64,000 nucleotides of DNA from the human T2T-CHM13v2.0 reference genome, Homo sapiens, in assembly GCF_009914755.1 (NCBI RefSeq), contig NC_060933.1. The stretch is one strand, 5' to 3'. The position numbers and the translations under genes are program-made. The notes under the pieces were generated by a model that saw nothing but the letters and a program-made list of their open reading frames with translations, was not told the origin of the DNA and made no database searches. Positions 1 to 14,803 of this stretch are shown in pieces; position 1 is the stretch's first letter; each line of letters opens with the position of its first letter.

Positions 1-1789
1 AGCCACTGGAGTACAATGGTGGTATCTGTAGGAACTGAAACTATTTGTTCAAAGGAAAAAAGCATTTAGTGACTGTTCTATTTGTATATTCTATGACTTG
101 TGAACATTAAACCAAAGAAAACAAGGTTAAGGAACACTGTTGCCCTGCTAGACATCCTCTACCTTGCTTAGACCACCAAATTGTAAAAACCACACATACT
201 TTGCATTCATTCTTGAACCCTCCACAGTTTGTGTCGAAGGTTCTCAGCTTAGCGAATCAAATCCAAAGCAATCGCCAATCAATTATTTACTAAGTGATAG
301 CTTTTTCCAGAGAATCCTATTTTCTATCCCGAGGCCTAGCAAGGCAAAGGAAGCATGACCTTCCTAAGAGGGAGATTTGAAACTCCTCTCAAAGGAAAAA
401 CCTGCTGATTAAAATAAAGTCCAAAATCTTATTCCAGTGGAAAAGCATTTAGCTAAATGACTTAGATAGAGGGCTGAAGCATGAGTACTTTCTTTGTCAT
501 GTATGGATTCATTGTCACGCTCTGCTTGGCTTAGCTGGAGGGTGAGATGACCTCCACAATTTAGGAAGGGCAAAATTCTTCAATATCAGACCAAACCCAA
601 TACAGGTTTGCCGAAAGCAGGAGTTTCTTCTTTTCCCACACCTCTGAAACAATGACTCATATCTGGAGACACCAAGGGGTAGCTTCTGGGAGAGGCATTA
701 TAGCAATTTCTGTTAACCCCCAGCCTCTAAAATCTGCTCTGAATAAGCATATAAGCCAAATACAGCATGCTGGCCATGTAACTGTAGTTTCAAGTTTCCT
801 AATTTTATCTAACAAACAGGTTGCCACTTCTAAAACTCTCTTACACAGAAATTCCAGAGGGTCTCACTGCTTTAGAGGTAGCAAAAAAAAATCATGTCCA
901 AAAATCCGTAGTGTTGTAGAATAGATCCAAAAGAAATTTTAGACGTCACTGATGTTAGCCCCTACTTTTATGGTGATGATTCTAACCTAGAACCTATTTG
1001 GTTCACTAACCTGGAGAGGGCACCAAAAGGAAGTTGATCATTTGTCTTACCTTCTGCCAGTTTTTTTTCATAAGTAGTACTGTGTAGTCTTAAGTGAACA
1101 ATCTCTGTGTTAGAGTGCCAGGATTTGAAGCTCCTCCCTTCTGCTAATTATGTAACCCCTGTAATAAAGTGAAATAATAAAATGAGTTAGTTGTTTAAGC
1201 ACACTGTTGAGTGCTTAAAAATGTCTGGTATACAGTGAATGCTCATAGGATACTAGCTAATTGATCCCTCAAAGGGCTGTTTCTAGGATTACGAGATGAC
1301 ACCTACCAAAGTTTCAGCATAGTACCTGGCATATCATGCTCAATGAATGTGTTCTTACAGCCTTACAGCAAGGGTGGGAGATAGCTTGCTAGAGCTCAGG
1401 CCATTTATTGATTAGGGAGGCTGTAGTACTGAAGACTTTTATTTCAAAGTGAGGATATTTTGATATTTGGAAGTACTCTTGTAATTTAGCTAATATTGAA
1501 CATAGAATGATTAGCAGAAAAGCTTTGAACTACTGCTTTCTTTCTAAAGCATGTTTAAGGGAATTCCACAATATCTGTTATCCACGCTTTTGCTTAGTTG
1601 GGGAATCTGGACCAGAACTATCTCTTTGGCCACATTTGTTAGAAATTATTACTATTTAAGAAGGATTGAAATATTCCTACCAGAGCCCAGAGTTTGGCTT
1701 TTAGTGCTCAATGAATATCTTTATGTTTAGTAAACTCCATATAACTCCCAAACACAGTGAGAGGCTCACATTCCACTGTCTCCCCCTGG

Positions 1790-2275
1790 GTGTTGTTTAA
1801 GTATGTAGTGGACTGACTGAGGTTGAGCTGACAGTTCAAAACAAGGTTTTGGAGCTCAGAGCAGGGCAAACAAGGCCAGAAGTGCCTTCCTGATGGGACT
1901 TCTCTTTTGGTGGGCTTCATGATACACAGGCCATTTAAATGTCATGCTTATAGCTACCAATCTCAGTGAAAAGAAAGCTCCTCTCTCAAGATTCCAGTAA
2001 AATTCCCATAACCCAGTTTCATTGGCCTGGCGTAGTCATGTGTCCATCCCTAATCCATGTGTCTGTGACCAGGCTGGTGTCAGAGTTTGGATAAATTACT
2101 CTGGCCAGATTGAGTCATGTCCTCACCCTTGAATCTGGAAGCATCAGTTAGTCCCATCCAAACCACATGAACAGAAGGAGGAGGAAGGAGGATACCCCAA
2201 GCAAAATCTGGGTACTATTACCAAAAGAAAGGGCTGCGAATACTGAATAGGTAAAATTAACAGCTACCCACTCCA
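1790..2275 (-). mobile_element. Old MaLR LTR fragment (MLT1K/L-like)
   Basis: Blocks such as CATTGGCC..GTCATGTGTCCATCCCT and CAAAATCTGGGTACTATTACCAAAAGAAAGGG resemble antisense MLT1 consensus; boundaries approximate. Confidence 0.5.
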
Positions 2276-2377
2276 CCTGACTCTATCACTACTCACTCTA
2301 GGATCATGAATGAGCCATTGATCTTTTTGGGATGTAGTTTTGTCATCTATAAGATGAGAGATTTGGGCTAATAAGAT

Positions 2378-2563
2378 CAGGGCTTCTCAAATTTTAAAAT
2401 GTCTTAGAACCCTCTGAAGGCCTTGCTAAAACAGTTTCTTAGACCCCGCCCCCAGAGATTCTGATTCAGTAGGTCTGGAGTGGGGCCCAAGGATTTGGCT
2501 TTCTATCAAGTACCCAGATGATATTGCTGCTGCTGACACACGGACCACACTTAGAATAACACT
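2378..2563. mobile_element. MER5A (hAT-Charlie MITE)
   Basis: Core CCCCAGAGATTCTGATTCAGTAGGTCTGGAGTGGGGCCCAAG and end GGACCACACTTAGAATAACACTG. Confidence 0.85.
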
Positions 2564-2940
2564 GAGCAGCTACTGGCACACAATAATGCTTTGAGCAATT
2601 AAAAGTCTTCATTCTGAAGCTCAAGCTAGAGATTCTGCTTCTGTCCCCACTGTAAGAAGAGCAACATAAACCCCTGACAGAAACACAAGAATGGCAGCTG
2701 TGAATTCTCAACTCAGGCCCCATCACTGGAGATACTAAGTCATATCCATGACTCTAGTAGTTACTCATTTGAGGTAGGTCACAATGGCTAGATTGGGTGA
2801 GGCTGGACTAGGAAAGTCCTCTGACTTCTCAATTCTAGAGCTCCTGGGGACTCTGTCTTCCTGATTCATGCTTGTCCTCATTCAAATCTCTGCCGAGGCA
2901 GCTCTGAGGATATGAAGGTTCCACAGGGAAGCAGAGGGCT

Positions 2941-3520
<580 letters not shown>

Positions 3521-6282
3521 ATTAACACTGTAAGTTTAGGTCCAGGATGCCCCTGCACACTACACAGCTGAACATCATTTAACAAGGTGTACTAGCATCC
3601 ATCCCTGATTATTAACAGCTTCTCAGTTAGGAATGCCCTGTTCCTCTGCTCTGACATCTGTGTTTTCTCAAGGTATCTGGGTATGTTCTGGGGTCAAATG
3701 TGTTTGTAAAATGCTGGGTAAATGGATGTTTTCTTGACTGTAGGACTTTTTAGAGTCTTTACTGTGGTAATTCAAATTAAGAATCTCCAAAAGGGCTATT
3801 TGGTATTTGGTGGTTCCCAAACCTCGTGGACCATGGAACCCTTTTGTACACATGTTAACATTTTTTGACATTCTGCATGCAAAATGCAGACTTGGAAACT
3901 CTGCCCTGGAGCAAAACTCTATCCAAAAGTCTCCAGTATGCTGATGAACAGGCATATTCAGAGATGTCCTACAGGTCCTGTGAATCAATACTGTGACTAT
4001 GGAGATAAGTAATACGTCATGTTTAGCTAGGTAGTAGTTGCCATACATTCTAATGGATGAGGATGGAGGATAAAAGCTATATTTTGGCAATAATTTAGAA
4101 AATCATTTTCAACTAGAAGAGATAAACGTTTTGAAATTGAGGTGCTCATGTTCTAGTCTGTGCTCTGTTGTGATTCAAGGAGAGGGGTAGGAGTTGGGGA
4201 AGTAGTGTGTGAATGTCCTGTTCTCAATAGAAGGAGAGCGTGGAAGAGTGTTAGTGGGAACAGGTAACACTTTATGTAAGAGTAGGGGAGGGCAGCAGTA
4301 CCTCAGGCGGGCTTGGGCTCAGGTAACAGCTCTCATTGCTGATACCTGTTGTGGGTACTTGCGGCATTACCAGGAGGTTTTTATGCCCTACAAAATAATT
4401 TTAGAGCGTTCTAGGTCAACAGCCAACCTTAAGTGTGGTGAACATTATACCAGATTTATCTGTCACAAAAATGTGATCCTGGTGATTAAATCAGGAGAGA
4501 AAGTGGCTGCCCTTCTTAGAATAGCACCTAATGCAACTGGGATCTCTGAAAAATGAAACGTAGCTGATGCTTGGGCCAGTTACTCTGATTTGAAGAGTCT
4601 CTAGCTCAGCGAAGCTGCTATGTCAGCATACCTTCGTGAGATTATATGTGATTTGCTGAACTCTCTCAATAATATAAAATCAATTAAATTAAAACAACTG
4701 ATACCACCATCACAACTTTTTGTTCCATACTTCATAGGTCTGGCTGTCTTACATAATTAGGAGGAGCTGAACTTTAAGGAGACCTTGAGTATGGGAAACA
4801 GGCTGCTGGTGTTGAGGTGCTCATCATTAAAAAATAAACACGTTGGTCTTACTGCCAGCAGCAAGACTGTGACTCCCCCGCCTCTCCCTGCTTCTCAGGC
4901 TCAACCAGCTCAAACCAGCTGGCCTGTGTCATCTCTCTATTAGCGTAGGGCTTGAAAGCTCCACCACAGATGGACTCAAGATTGGGGGATCTGCCACTTA
5001 TATTTGCTGAAATGCATTACGCACATTTTTGAGAGTGTGGCACATGAGGTTGCTGCCTTTTAATTGCAAGGAGTGGCAAGGGTTTTTAAGGCAGCTGGCA
5101 TGTCTCATGGGAGCCTCTGCCAAGGGAGCCTCCTACAGCAAACTTCATTTACCCCAAGGCTGAGGCGACTCATGTGGCTCTTTATTAAGTCATTCTTTCA
5201 GCTGCCCCCTTCTCTCTGTGTCTGGCTTTCCTCAGGCTCTTAGATGTACTCAAAAGCCTGCCAATGCTAAACTGGGCTGGGCATAGACTGACTTGCCTCC
5301 CTTCTGCAGCAGGGGCTGTTGGTAACTGGATCAGCGTGGCAGGTTGTCCTCACAGCTGGGGAAATCTTCAGCTCTCCTGCACCCAGTGTGCTGACAGCAG
5401 GTTCAGCTCAATGCATTCTCATTTCATTTCTGTGTGTCACTAAATGAGAGTCTTAAAAGTTGCTGCCATGGGGCTTATAGCAGAAGAAGGGGTGAGGGCA
5501 GGAGAGCATAGAAATACTGGGATGTTGGGGAGAAAAGCGGCAGCCCTGCTCTTCTGTATTACGGCAGGATTTGCCAGAGACAAACCAGAGAGAAGGTGGG
5601 AACTCGCCATTTCAGATGAGGGCTTAAGGTGACAGAGTTGGTTAAGAATGACATTGGCATGAATAAGGCCCTGGGTCTGCTGAGTGCTCTGCCTCCCTCA
5701 CTGTTCAATACCCATGTTCAGCTCCTCTTTCCACCGGCTAGCATGTAATTGGAATCAGGAATCTGTGAGCTCAGCGGCCCACTGAGGAGCCCACAGGTCC
5801 TTCCCTCAAAGTGTCTACTCTGAATAAAGGACCCAGCACTGACCAACTGGTGTCAGTGGACAAATGCACAGAGCACAACTGTGACAACGTTGAGATACTG
5901 CAGCAGCGCTGCGGTTATATACCATAGCACTGAAGATGCATTGGTGATTCCTAAACCAAAAGACAGTCCTGAACTGCAACTGCCTATTCCATATAATACT
6001 CACTGTGTCTGAATATTTGTTACTTGATCCCTATCTGTAAGCTTGTCCACCTCTTCTCCTTTCTGGGGACAAGAATTTACATGTAGTGGAAACCACCAAT
6101 AAGATGTATCGGCAGGAAGGCTGTCCATGGGATCTCACTGAGACCAGAATGAGTGTCGTACTTATCTTTGGGCTCCATGTGTTAAGGGTAGCAATTGGAT
6201 TCTAGGGGACTAAAAAATATTTGTTAAGTGGCATCAGATCACCATTATCTTTCATCTGTGTAGCACCTTTCTACTTTTATAA

Positions 6283-6598
<316 letters not shown>

Positions 6599-6629
6599 AA
6601 AGACACAGCTTTATATGTTTATTCTTACT

Positions 6630-6760
6630 GGAAGCCTTTGTTGTAGCACAAATATTTTTCAGTTCTTCAAATGTGACACCAAGGCACAGATGGGTTAAGT
6701 GACTTGCCCAGGATGACAGAGCAAGTGTGCGTCAGGGTTGGCACTCAAGCCAGCTATCAA
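6630..6760 (-). mobile_element. MIR fragment
   Basis: AAGGCACAGATGGGTTAAGTGACTTGCCCAGGATGACA matches antisense MIR core. Confidence 0.65.
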
Positions 6761-6883
6761 GACCGGCTAGGGGGACACTTTGGGAATGGACGAGAATCAC
6801 CTACATCTGCATCCTTACCTTATTTATAAGTCTTTAAATGTGTATTTATCTGACATAAATGATAAAATATTGAGTTTTTTTCA

Positions 6884-7225
<342 letters not shown>

Positions 7226-7747
7226 AAAATACATAATGATAAGGATCCCTGTAGCTTATGGATGAATAAATGTCTGGTTAACACTCATGCTAAGAGTTTT
7301 TTTCTTTAAGCTGGTGAGTAATAGTAAAGCATCGGACACCACCATAAAGCACAAAGCTCCATCAGAAAAAAAAAAATCAATTTTGTTAATAATAAAAAAT
7401 AAAAATAATGACTGAGTAATTGGGGATTATTTACCATAGAAGCAGTTTCTTTTGCTAGGAAAGTAAACATTTTCACTTCTTAGTACTTATCTACCAGCAG
7501 GGGACTGTCACATCAGATAGTGCCTGGTTCAATTAACAGCACCCCTTAATTATTTCTAACATCTATTAACAACATAATCGAGTGAATCCATGGCCACAGT
7601 GCTTAATTTTGTACCTCCACTGCTATGCTTACAATGGCAGTTTTGCTTTCAAAGAGTAAATTATTAACACCCGAATCTCAAACTGTACCAAGTATTATTT
7701 TTGTTACTATAAATCATTCTCTAAAAGCTATTTCTTGTTCTCTAGAT

Positions 7748-8010
7748 CATGGATTCTCAACAGGGCCAGTACTGCTTTCAAGGGGGTGAAAATTGATCAA
7801 GGGCTGTAGGGTGGAGGGAATTGACAAAATCTTACCCTTTTTATGTATAAAGTACAGATATACCTACAGCACATAAACACATACACAGTATATCTGTGGT
7901 ATTAACATTTCATGGGGTGGCGATTGGGAAAAAACGTATCTTAAAAGGATCCTGGAAAGGCTGTGGTGATGGAGGGTGTGGCAATAATGAAAACAGGTTT
8001 AAGTAACACT
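7748..8010. mobile_element. hAT-Charlie-type DNA transposon fragment
   Basis: Charlie-like ends CATGGATTCTCAAC ... GTTTAAGTAACACTG and internal ATACAGTATATCTGTGGTATTAA block; subfamily not assigned. Confidence 0.5.
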
Positions 8011-8017
8011 GCCCTAC

Positions 8018-8200
8018 ACCTATGCATCTCAAATCTGGCCTACTCATTGGAATCACCTTGAGGGTTTTGAAAAAATACAGATACCTGGGCCACTCCCAGA
8101 GTTTCTGATGTAGTTGGTTTGGGTGGTGCCTGGACTTGGTATATGTAAAACCTCCCCAGATGAGTCCCCTTTGGGGTAGCCAAATTTGAGAACCACCGCT
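8018..8200. mobile_element. MER5-family MITE
   Basis: CATTGGAATCACCT...CCCAGAGTTTCTGATGTAGTTGGT...TTGAGAACCACCGCTCTAGA. Confidence 0.75.
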
Positions 8201-9050
8201 CTAGATTGCAGATGACAGAACTATTCACCCACACCACAGCAGATGTGACTAAACTGTCATGACAGTCTTTCCTAAACCCAGATGTGACTTTGGAATTTTT
8301 TTCCATACATTATTGCAAATTGGAATTCACATGTGAAATGAAACCAATTTGCCATTCCTGTTCTAGATGGTCCCCTGGGCTAGAACAGAACCCAAAACCA
8401 TATCCCAATGTTTTAGCACCTAGAAGGTTCTCATTAAGTGTCATTATGCCTTACATTTCCTCATTATTCTTTTATTGATCAAGGAGGAGAACACAGAACA
8501 AAAATTGGTGGCTAGTGAGCAGAGAGTAAGAAGTTTGCTGAATGCCTAAATATAGTGGTGCAAAGGTGTGTTTGGTCATACCTGGGTCGGGCTGGCTGAT
8601 ATTCTGTTTTCATTATATGTTCATTACACATGAACAGACAAATCTACCAGGCAAAAAAACAAAAACAAAAAAACCCACAAAAGTTTTCATTTCATGACAG
8701 GCCCTTTTTGAAGGATATTTGTTCAGCTTCATGCTAGCATCTATGGTTAAGGTGTATGTCACCCAACAGGCATGAAGCAAATAGTTATTTTCCAAGAGCA
8801 GGGATTAATGTCAAGTTTTAGTGAAGTTAGGCAGATCTTCAAGTGGAAAGTCAAATGAAATAGTTTCAAGAGTAAGAGTTCCTAATTAGCGCCCAAAGTT
8901 TTAAGAAATGATACCTGCTGAGGTAAATATAGATTAAACAACAAATGTATTTGTAAGAAAATTTGAACACAATTTTCCTTGAATTTGGTGGTTGAATAAA
9001 ACATGAAATTTGATCTATTTATTTTGATCATTTAAGTTGAACTGTTAATA

Positions 9051-9070
9051 TACACACATGTATGTGTGTT

Positions 9071-9101
<31 letters not shown>

Positions 9102-9117
9102 AAGAGAAAGAGAGAAA
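9051..9117. repeat. Compound (TG)n(GA)n microsatellite
   Basis: Directly visible dinucleotide runs. Confidence 0.9.
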
Positions 9118-9199
9118 TAGTAATTAGTTTTTGGAGACAAATGTCCAATACAAATATGGAAAGCTGCACACCTCCTCAGTTTTCTGGTAATCGTAATAA

Positions 9200-9950
9200 A
9201 AACAAAGTCACCAGATGGGCAAAAGCTAAAAAGATGAAAATATCAAGTTTGGAGAGGATGTAGAATAACAGAATCTCTCATACTCTCTGTTAGGGCAAGT
9301 GGGGCTGTAAATTGGATCAACTACTTTGGAAAAACAGTTTGGCATTGTCTAGTAAAAGTGAAGATGTACATAACCCTATACCCCAGCAATTGTACTCCTA
9401 GAGATTTCCCCTGGACAAATTTGATTTCATATATCAGGAGACATAAATAAAAATGCTCATAGCAACACTGTTTGTAATATTCCCAGTGGCAACAATGCAA
9501 ATGTTTGTCAGGTATGTAATTAATAAATAACTGTGATATGTTTACAAATGGACTATCATACAGCAATAACATGGATAACCTACTTCTATACATAATAACA
9601 TGGATGACTCCCACAAATGTAATGTTGAGTAAAGACACAAAATCCTCCTTCCTTTCACACAAATGTTAAAACAGATGAAACTAAGCAACATGTGTAGGGA
9701 TACATACATCAGTGATAAAACTGTAAAGCAAAGCAAGGAAATGATGGTCAAGAATGTTAGCAGAGTAGTTAGGGAAGAGCAAGGTGGTTTTATCATTAAG
9801 GAGAGGAATGCAGTGGGTTAGAGAGGGCACCCGGGCTACTGATAATATTCATTTCCCAACCCTGGTAGTAAACACATACGTAACGTTCACTTTATAGTTG
9901 TTTGTAATACACTTTAATGAAGTTTTCTGGATGTATATTTCACAAAAAAA
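9200..9950 (+). mobile_element. Ancient L1M (L1ME/MC-like) ORF2 end and 3' UTR fragment
   Basis: TTGGAAAAACAGTTTGGCA, ACCCCAGCAATTGTACTCCTAG, TGGATGACTCCCACAAATGTAATGTTGAG are L1 3'-end motifs. Confidence 0.8.
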
Positions 9951-11041
9951 ATTGATTTCTAAACTTGCTATTTTCTGTATGACTTGTGTATTAATGTATT
10001 AATTGAAGTTAAGCAAGAACAAAAAATATTTTCTGAAGCCTGTAAAATGGAGAGAAATGCTCAAGAATATGTTTTGGAAGGTACCAGCAACAGGGCAGCT
10101 CCAGGGTTCACAACCCTTGGAACCCTGTCCTTAGGGTGTAGTTACGGGATAATTTGTTCAACCTCTTATATCCTGGGTCTCTCTATTGAAAATCCCAGTT
10201 CCTGGAAGAGAGAATAGGATTGGCCTGGTCATATTCCCTATTGGTCACATGTCCTGATTTACCAGAGCCATGTGGAGTCAGAGAGGGGTCATTCTTCAAA
10301 GGCCAGGGAATGAGAGGGAAGGAAGACTGCATGGATGAAAATAACCTCCAATCTGGACACTGTCAAAGCCAACAGACAGAAAACACCAAGATCCAAGAAG
10401 GCATGCAGGTAAGAAACACTGACAAAGCCAAGATTGTTCTTGAAGAATTCATCCCACAGAAGGGCAGCAGTTCACTTGCTGCATTCTGTTGACCTTTGGA
10501 TTCCAGGACTGGAGTACATAACTAATGTAAAAGAGTGAACAATGACATATGGATGACACTCTTCCCACGGTGCCTTAACTCGCCATATTCCCTCTGTCTG
10601 GGAAATGTGTGCCAACCCCAAATGTCACTCTGATCATCTCTCCTGTTCAGAAAACTAGACTTTGATCATCCTTTATGATCTCTTCTCTTGTGAACTTTAT
10701 GGTGGTCAAAGTCACAGCAAGGTCGATTAAGAAAGGCCAAGAATCAGTGCTCCTGTTTGCTGGGACCAGGAGGCAGAGGACTAGCCTGTCATTCACAGGT
10801 CTTCTTTAGGGGAGGGGGCAGGGCTTGTAAATTGGGGAAGTGGGTGGGGTGGTGGGAAGCAGGAAATATTGCCAGGCCGGCAGGAATCCTGACCCTCTTG
10901 GTAACTCATCCTGTACCAAGCAACCAAGATAATTTTTTAAAGTACAGACTTGTGTGTGGAAATATATCCTTCCCACAGCTCAACCTCAGCTTTGAAATGA
11001 TTCTCAACAGAAACACACACAGGTAAACAGTAACTTTCTGA

Positions 11042-11437
<396 letters not shown>

Positions 11438-11649
11438 TGAGCCTGGATCCCTAAGAATGAGGGTGCCTCTGACTATTCTTAATTCGTTCAGCAGTCACAT
11501 TCATCGCACAACACCCAAAGACATATTTGGTCTGCAGTTCGCACCTATTCCTCTGGAGCTTTGAACAGTTAATAAACATTAGCTCGTTAGCATTAATTAA
11601 AAGGCATCTTATTACAGCAGGATCCAGAGTTACCACCTAGCCACTCTAA

Positions 11650-13300
11650 AAACCAGCGGTCGGCTTGACTTCCAGCAAAGCCTCTTTTATCGATGGCTTC
11701 TGTGGGTGTAGTTAACCTCCGCCGTCCCCCGTCTGATCTCATTATTTCAGATCCTCGCATCCTGGCTGGCTTTGCCTTCTCTCTCTCCTCGATCCTCCCT
11801 TTACATAAATGCGATTGTTTCGTTGCTTCCTTCCTCGGAGCCCGGGTTTTGTCCGGGCTTGGCTCGGTTTGCGCGTTTAAGAACGAGCGCCTAGGCCTCC
11901 GGGCAAGGGTCTAGAGCTCCCGCAGCCCTTCACTGGGTGACCTCCTCCTGTCGGGGCCATTTGTCTTCAGGGCCTCTCTTTGAGGCTCTGAACAGGACGC
12001 TCCAAGTGGGGCCCGAGCGCTTGGCAGACAAGCCCCTGGATTGTTGCTAGAGACCCTCAGGTCGCCTTGGGGCGGAGCGCGCCTTTCATGAATCCGGGAG
12101 CCTGGGATGCGCATGGCGAGGAGGGGGGAAACGTGCTGGGGAGAAGGCAGGCCTTGATGTACGCCCTGGTGGACAAAAGCTGCTAGTGTCAGCTTGATTT
12201 GCAAGATCAACATTCATGAGTTTCACCGCTTAGAAAGGGGCATTATCTGCAAACCGGAGACTGAATGGAAGCCATAAACAAGTGATTTCACACTACCAAG
12301 CAGGAAGAATATTCTACCTCCTCAATTATTCTGAACAGCATGTTTGGCCCCTTCCAGGTTCCCACCGCTAGCGAGCCCTCCACCCCTGGTGTGTGCAAAC
12401 GGTGGACCTTTCGGCGCCTAAGAAACCGGGTGCTGAGCCCGGGAGCAGCGCCTGCTTTTCTTCCCAAGATCCACTCCGGGTTTTGCCTAGCGCTGCTCCG
12501 GGAACCCATTCCAGACGCAGGTAACGCCAGGCAACGTTTTCCTTCTCACCCGCCCAAGGCCAGCCCCGAGCCGCCGGGGTTCCAGGCCCAACACAGCACA
12601 GATGCACGTTTCAAAATGTGCTCGAATATGCAGCCTGCATCAAAGGCGTTGGGAGGCTCTTTCATCCTCTCAGCTGCCTAAGAAGGGACATGCTCCCAGC
12701 TACCCTCATTTGTGGCTGGGTTTACTCTGAAATGAAGATGTACCTCTGGATGCAAAAAGAAAGGGTGGAAGGTTTTTTTCCCCCTACTTCTTGCACCCGA
12801 TTTCTCATTTTGCCTCGCCCTCATCCTCATCCTTTGTGTATGCCAGGCTGTGTTAACCCTTTGAGAACCCCCGTGGCTTGCTCTTTTCTTTCTTCCTTAC
12901 GGTTGTCATCCGGTTTGTAGCCTGACTTCTTCGGCCTGTCACGTACCCCTTTCCTTTTCCTGGAAGTGGTTTTGTTGTAGGACAGCCACAGGTGGACGGC
13001 TGGACCTTACCAAGCTTTGAAGGGCGAGGACCGGGCGAAGGCAAAACCTGGGAAGGCTCTGGCTGCCGCCAGAGGACCGGGCGGAGCAACCACAGTCACT
13101 GTGGTTATCATGTCCAGCCTCCTGGGACCTCCACTTAGCTTGGCTGTCACCCTGACCCCCGCCCGCACCTCCCCAGCTGCTGATCTCGGGGAGGCAGCCC
13201 TCCCTGAGGTGCTGAGGGCAGGACCCTGGCGAGCAGAAGTGAAGGGTTTAAGAGCCATCTCCCTACTAGAATGGTGCCCTGATGTTTAATGGCAAATTAC
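11650..13300. promoter_or_regulatory. CpG-rich island, putative promoter or enhancer
   Basis: Abrupt rise in GC and CpG in non-repeat sequence against CpG-depleted flanks; GC box GGGGCGGAGC at 12069-12078; no credible ORF. Confidence 0.75.
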
Positions 13301-13387
13301 CCAGCAAGCACCTATTTTTAAAACTTTCACCCCTTTTCCTTGGGAACCCCCCACTGTTATGGAAAATTTAAGCCTTTAAAGAAAACA

Positions 13388-13454
13388 CGTGTGAGTGTGT
13401 GTATGTGTGTGTGTGCGCGCGCATGAGCATGAGAGAGAGAGAGAGAGAAAGAGA
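13388..13454. repeat. Compound (GT)n(GC)n(GA)n microsatellite
   Basis: GTGTGAGTGTGTGTATGTGTGTGTGTGCGCGCGCATGAGCATGAGAGAGAGAGAGAGAG. Confidence 0.9.
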
Positions 13455-14803
13455 TAGCTGTCGAGGTAAGTTGAGAGATGGAGGGGAGGGGAAGGATTTC
13501 AGCATCATGACGTAGTATAGGAGGAAGCTTTGTTCCTGGAGGATTGATTTTGTGAGGGAGGGCAGAACCAGACAACAAGGAACATTTAGATAATACGTCT
13601 GTACTCCGTAAAGGTGAGGGTCTACAACAGTCATCTAAGGCAGTGACAGACATGGGTCTGCACACTGAAACCGCAGGGTGTCAACAAGGCACAGAAAAGA
13701 ATGCAATGTAGGGCGCAGTCCTTTGGCTGGGCTAGGCGTGAAGCATTCCTGAGAAAGGTCTACACTATGAAGCCAGCTCACTGTAGACTTGGGACTCACT
13801 GATCAGCCTTGGCTCTCTGTGGAGACTCAGGTGTTTGCTAAATGAACATAAGATACTGCAGAGAAGGCTGCTAGTCTCCAAAGCTCATGGAAAGCGTTTC
13901 TTCCTGACCAACTGCAAAAGAGTGGATGTATACTGTGCTAACCTTTGTGAGGAAAAGGAAAAATGGGAGAAATACATGTACCTGCATATCTTTCAAAAAA
14001 ATAGAAATATAGGAGGAATAAACCAGTAAAGAATGAAGTGAGATGAAGCAGGTCACCTAACAAGAAGGTGGGAAACAGGGTGGAAGGAATATGAGAGGGA
14101 GAAACACTTCTATGGTATAGCTCTTTGTATTATTTTTGATTTTTGGAAGTTTATTAATGTTCTATTTATTTAAAAGATTAAACCAAAAAGTATGGGAAGG
14201 GAGAAAAAACTAAAAACCAAACTGAAAAAAATAAACTCAACTGTATTTCAAATGAATAACCACACTGAAAGGGGGAAAAAGAAATCTGAGTAGTTTATGA
14301 ATACCCATTAGACCATATTCCATTAGACTTAGGTAGCGTGGGAGTCAGGAAGGACTTAAACACTAAACTCTTTTTACTGGGTTTGTTTTTGTACAGCATG
14401 GACACAGAAGGATTCTGAAATGATTTTAGATATTTCATGGTATTGAGCAAATCAGTAAACACATTGTTGTTGAGATCCAGGGTTCTCACTGTGGAGAAGA
14501 AAGTTACAAATACAGAAAGAGAGAAGACATGGATGTAAGAAGAATGGACTGCAATTGGAGGTATTGCTGTGGACTCATAATTTCTGAAATGTGTATATAT
14601 GTGTATGTATTAATGTGATACATATATATGTATATCTATCTCCTGGCTTTGCCCACTGAAGCAGAAATCTTGGTAGCAGTGGCCATACCTAACAGCGACA
14701 CCTTGCTTTTGAATGTAGTATTCTAACTAAGAGGAATAAGGGATCCTTAGAGAAAAAATGTTTCCAGGGCAGAGGCAGGAAATACGTAAGATAAGCCTGG
14801 AAC

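Noticed and set aside
1194-1219. 9-bp inverted repeat TTTAAGCAC/GTGCTTAAA
   Set aside because: Short stem in MIR-like sequence; expected by chance in 64 kb
7494-7507. CTCF-like CCAGCAGGGGACTG
   Set aside because: Mismatch in the core GGC positions; no supporting context
12340-13289. Several 78-113-aa ORFs on both strands in the CpG island
   Set aside because: Expected from stop-codon scarcity in GC-rich DNA; overlapping, low complexity, no recognisable domain
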